DNA of 64,000 bases, taken from NCBI GenBank assembly GCA_964016885.1, contig OZ024743.1, positions 25,792,001-25,856,000 on the forward strand. The letters run 5' to 3'. Shown here piece by piece: positions 59,051-64,000 of this stretch. Every line of letters begins with the position of its first letter. Position 1 is the first letter of the stretch. The notes beneath the pieces are model-generated. The model did no database searches and was not told where the DNA came from. It was given only the letters and a program-made list of their open reading frames with translations. Both the position numbers and the translations under genes were made by a program. This stretch comes from Eledone cirrhosa (lineage: Eukaryota).

Positions 59051-60719
59051 GTTGACAAAACTGTTGTTACTGGAATACAGTTATATCAGTTGACAATACT
59101 GTTGTTACTGGAATACAGTTATATCAGTTGACAATACTGTTGTTACTGGAATACACTCATATAAGTTGACAATACTGTTGTTACTGGAATACACTTATAT
59201 CAGTTGACAATAATGTTGTTACTGGAATACACTTATATCAGTTGACAGTACTGTTGTTACTGGAATACACTTATATCAGTTAATAATACTGTTGTTACTG
59301 GAATACACTTATATCAGTTGACAATACTGTTGTTACTGGAATACACTTATATCAGTTGACAATACTGTTGTTACTGAAATACACTTATATCAGTTGACAA
59401 TACTGTTGTTAATGGAATACACTTATATCAGTTGACAATACTGTTGTTACTGGAATACACTTATATCAGTTGACAATACTCTTATTACTGGAATACACTT
59501 ATATCAGTTGACAATACTGTTGTTACTGGAATACACTTATATCAGTTGACAATACTGTTGTTACTGGAATACACTTATATCAGTTGACAATACTGTTGTG
59601 ACTGGAATACACTTATATCAGTTGATAATACTGTTGTTACTGGAAGACACTTATATCAGTTGACAATACTGTTGTTACTGGAATACACTTATATCAGTTG
59701 ACAATACTGTTGTTACTGGACTCCACTTATATCAGTTGACAATACTGTTGTTACTGGAATACACTTATATCAGTTGACAATACTGTTGTTACTGGAATAC
59801 ACTTATATCAGTTGACAATACTGTTGTTACTGGAATACACTTATATTAGTTGATAATACTGTTGTTACTGGAATACACTTATTTCAGTTGACAATACTGT
59901 TGTTACTGGAATACACTTATATCAGTTGACAATACTGTTGTTACTGGAATACATTTATATCAGTTGACAATACTGTTGTTACTGGAATACACTTATATCA
60001 GTTGATAATACTGTTGTTACTGGAATACATTTATATCAGTTGACAATACTGTTGTTACTGGAATACACTTATATCAGTTGACAATACTGTTGTTACTGGA
60101 ATACACTTATTTCAGTTAACAATACTGTTGTTACTGGAATACACTGATATCAGTTGACAATACTGTTGTTACTGGAATAGACTTATATCAGTTGACAATA
60201 CTGTTGTTACTGGAATACACATATATCAGTTGACAATACTGTTGTTACTGGAATACACTTATATCAGTTGATAATACTGTTGTTAATGGAATACACTTAT
60301 ATCTGTTGACAATACTGTTGTTACTGGAATAAAGTTATATCAGTTGACAATACTGTTGTTACTGGAATACACTTATATCTGTTGATAATACTGTTGTTAC
60401 TGGAATACACTTATATCAGTTGACAATACTGTTGTTACTGGAATACACTTATATCAGTTGACAATACTGTTGTTACTGGAATACACTTATATCAGTTGAC
60501 AATACTGTTGTTACTGGAATACACTTATATCAGTTGACAATACTGTTGTTACTGGAATACACTTATATCAGTTGACAATACTTTGTTACTGGAATACACT
60601 TATGTCAGTTGACAATACTGTTGTTACTGGAATACACTTATATCAGTTGACAATACTGTTGTTAATGGAATGCACTTATATCAGTTGACAATACTGTTGT
60701 TACTGGAATACACTTATAT

Positions 60720-63700
60720 CAGTTGACAATAATGTTGTTACTGGAATACACTTATATCAGTTGACAATACTGTTGTTACTGGAATACACTTATATCAGTT
60801 GATAATACTGTTGTTACTAGAATACACCTATATCATTTGACACTACTGTTGTTACTGAAATACAAATATATCAGTTGACAATACAGTTGTTACTGGAATA
60901 CACTTATATCAGATGACAATACTGTTGTTACTGGAATACACTTATATCAGTTGATATTACTGTTGTTACTGGAATACACTTATTTCAGTTGACAATACTG
61001 TTGTTACTGGAATACACTTATATCAGTTGATAATACTGTTGTTACTGGAATACACTTATATCTGTTGACAATACTTTTGTTACTGGAATACACTTATATC
61101 AATTGAGAATACTGTTGTTACTGGAATACACTTATATCAGTTGACAATACTGTTGTTGCTGGAATACATTTATATCAGTTGATAATACTGTTGTTACTGG
61201 AATACACTTATATCAGTTGACAATACTGTTGTTACTGGAATACACTTATATCAGTTGACAATACTGTTGTTACTGGAATACACTTATATCAGTTGACAAT
61301 AATGTTGTTATTGGAATACACATATATCAGTTGATAATACTGTTGTTACTGGAAAACACTTATATCAGTTGACAATACTCTTGTTACTGGAATACACTTA
61401 TATCAGTTGATAATACTCTTGTTACTGGAATACACTTATATCTGTTGACAATACTGTTGTTACTTTAATACAGTTATATCAGTTGACAATACTGTTGTTA
61501 CTGGAATACACTTATATCAGTTGACAATACTGTTGTTACTGGAATACACTTATATCAGTTGATAATACTGTTGTTAATGGAATACACTTATATCTGTTGA
61601 CAATACTGTTGTTACTGGAATAAAGTTATATCAGTTGACAATACTGTTGTTACTGGAATACACTTATATCAGTTGATAATACTGTTGTTACTGGAATACA
61701 CTTATATCAGTTGACACTGTTGTTACTGGAATACACTTATATCAGTTGACAATACTGTTGTTACTGGAATACACTTATATCAGTTAACAATACTGTTGTT
61801 ACTGGAATACACTTATATCAGTTGACAATACTGTTGTTACTGGAATACACTTATATCAGTTGACAATACTTTGTTACTGGAATACACTTATGTCAGTTGA
61901 CAATACTGTTGTTACTGGAATACACTTATATCAGTTGACAATACTGTTGTTAATGGAATGCACTTATATCAGTTGACAATACTGTTGTTACTGGAATACA
62001 CTTATATCAGTTGACAATAATGTTGTTACTGGAATACACTTATATCAGTTGACAATACTGTTGTTACTGGAATACACTTATATCAGTTGATAATACTGTT
62101 GTTACTAGAATACACTTATATCATTTGACAATACTGTTGTTACTGGAATACAAATATATCAGTTGACAATACAGTTGTTACTGGAATACACTTATATCAG
62201 ATGACAATACTGTTGTTACTGGAATACACATATATCAGTTGATAATACTGTTGTTACTGGAATACACTTATATCAGTTGACAATATTGTTGTTACTGGAA
62301 TACACTTATATCAGTTGACAATACTGTTGTTACTGGAATACACTTATTTCAGTTAACAATACTGTTGTTACTGGAATACACTGATATCAGTTGACAATAC
62401 TGTTGTTACTGGAATAAAATTATATCAGTTGACAATACTGTTGTTACTGGAATACACATATATCAGTTGACAATACTGTTGTTACTGGAATACACTTATA
62501 TCAGTTGATAATACTCTTGTTACTGGAATACACTTATATCTGTTGAAAATACTGTTGTTACTGGAATACACTTATATCAGTTGACAATACTGTTGTTACT
62601 GGAATACACTTATATCAGTTGACAATACTGTTGTTACTGGAATACACTTATATCAGTTGATAATACTGTTGTTAATGGAATACACTTATATCTGTTGACA
62701 ATACTGTTGTTACTGGAATAAAGTTATATCAGTTGACAATACTGTTGTTACTGGAATACACTTATATCAGTTGATAATACTGTTGTTACTGGAATACACT
62801 TATATCAGTTGACAATACTGTTGTTACTGGAATACACTTATATCAGTTGACAATACTGTTGTTACTGGAATACACTTATATCAGTTGACAATACTGTTGT
62901 TAATGGAATGCACTTATATCAGTTGACAATACTGTTGTTACTGGAATAAAGTTATATCAGTTGACAATAATGTTGTTACTGGAATACACTTATATCAGTT
63001 GACAATACTGTTGTTACTGGAATACACTTATATCAGTTGATAATACTGTTGTTACTAGAATACACCTATATCATTTGACACTACTGTTGTTACTGGAATA
63101 CAAATATATCAGTTGACAATACAGTTGTTACTGGAATACACTTATATCAGATGACAATACTGTTGTTACTGGAATACACTTATATCAGTTGATATTACTG
63201 TTGTTACTGGAATACACTTATTTCAGTTGACAATACTGTTGTTACTGGAATACACTTATATCAGTTGATAATACTGTTGTTACTGGAATACACTTATATC
63301 TGTTGACAATACTTTTGTTACTGGAATACACTTATATCAATTGAGAATACTGTTGTTACTGGAATACACTTATATCAGTTGACAATACTGTTGTTGCTGG
63401 AATACACTTATATCAGTTGATAATACTGTTGTTACTGGAATACACTTATATCAGTTGACAATACTGTTGTTACTGGAATACACTTATATCAGTTGACAAT
63501 ACTGTTGTTACTGGAATACACTTATATCAGTTGACAATACTGTTGTTACTGGAATACACATATATCAGTTGATAATACTGTTGTTACTGGAAAACACTTA
63601 TATCAGTTGACAATACTCTTGTTACTGGAATACACTTATATCAGTTGATAATACTCTTGTTACTGGAATACACTTATATCTGTTGACAATACTGTTGTTA

Positions 63701-64000
63701 CTGTAATACAGTTATATCAGTTGACAATACTGTTGTTACTGGAATACACTTATATCAGTTGACAATACTGTTGTTACTGGAATACACTTATATCAGTTGA
63801 TAATACTGTTGTTAATGGAATACACTTATATCTGTTGACAATACTGTTGTTACTGGAATAAAGTTATATCAGTTGACAATACTGTTGTTACTGGAATACA
63901 CTTATATCAGTTGATAATACTGTTGTTACTGGAATACACTTATATCAGTTGACACTGTTGTTACTGGAATACACTTATATCAGTTGACAATACTGTTGTT
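60720..64000 (+). repeat. Duplicated block pair, about 60.7-61.76 kb and 62.96-64.0 kb (offset 2,238)
   Basis: Variants seen only here: CACTACTG 60841/63079 and the 3-bp deletion GACACTG 61713/63951. Confidence 0.88.

Larger units (their letters stand above)
1..64000 (+). repeat. Satellite DNA array of a 38-bp monomer, TACTGTTGTTACTGGAATACACTTATATCAGTTGAYAA, about 1,680 head-to-tail copies, truncated at both window ends
   Basis: TACTGTTGTT restarts at 1, 39, 77 and so on (period 38) and is still in register at the window end. Most monomers differ from consensus by 0-2 substitutions, with rare 1-bp or 3-bp deletions. No inversion or non-monomer insert was seen. 64000/38 is about 1,684. Confidence 0.99.

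Noticed and set aside
1-64000. Giant repetitive protein-coding ORF; three monomers translate on + as YCCYWNTLISVDNTVVTGIHLYQLTILLLLEYTYIS*Q
   Set aside because: 38 is not a multiple of 3, so every + frame meets TGA about every 114 bp. With TGA reassigned, the common T allele still gives TGA-TAA in frame. The minus strand has TAA and TGA in each monomer, and 1-bp deletions are tolerated.
1-64000. CRISPR array
   Set aside because: Repeats abut directly with no unique spacers, leader or cas genes. Variation consists of scattered point changes inherited in blocks.
1-64000. Telomerase-type telomeric repeat
   Set aside because: There is no G-rich strand (6 G and 6 C per monomer), and variants propagate in kilobase blocks, which implies recombination and not templated addition. 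A subtelomeric location is not excluded.
1-64000. Pure sequencing or assembly artefact such as a rolling-circle concatemer, or a synthetic construct
   Set aside because: Rare variants recur in conserved order at several nested offsets and form stepwise lineages, which random error or a single circular template would not produce. Individual duplications could still be misassembled.
1-64000. Fixed-period higher-order repeat, or information encoded in the variant pattern
   Set aside because: Marker spacing is irregular (offsets from 190 to 11,921 bp) and is explained by ordinary duplication and deletion. No constant period or code was evident by eye.
1-64000. tRNA, rRNA, snRNA arrays, plasmid iterons or embedded transposons
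   Set aside because: There are no recognisable RNA gene motifs, no rep gene or origin context, and no non-monomer sequence, terminal repeats or target-site duplications anywhere in the window.

Overview
The whole 64,000-bp window is one uninterrupted head-to-tail tandem array (satellite DNA) of a 38-bp AT-rich monomer. The consensus is TACTGTTGTTACTGGAATACACTTATATCAGTTGA(C/T)AA (about 32% GC, no CpG), with roughly 1,680 copies, all in one orientation and running off both window edges. I found no genes, RNA genes, transposon insertions, spacers or unique sequence. All six frames are closed under the standard code. What information there is lies in rare monomer variants. They show nested duplications (a ~11.9-kb tandem duplication and others at offsets of 0.5-8.5 kb), a switch in variant repertoire near 43-46 kb, a recurring order of variants that suggests an older higher-order unit, and stepwise variant lineages. 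The monomer is an imperfect palindrome. It superficially resembles a spacerless CRISPR repeat and contains a sigma70-like TTGACA-N18-TACACT, but neither resemblance is supported as functional. The most parsimonious reading is eukaryotic heterochromatic or (peri)centromeric satellite; the organism cannot be identified from the sequence. Offsets were measured by eye from diagnostic variants, so block boundaries are approximate to within a few monomers.
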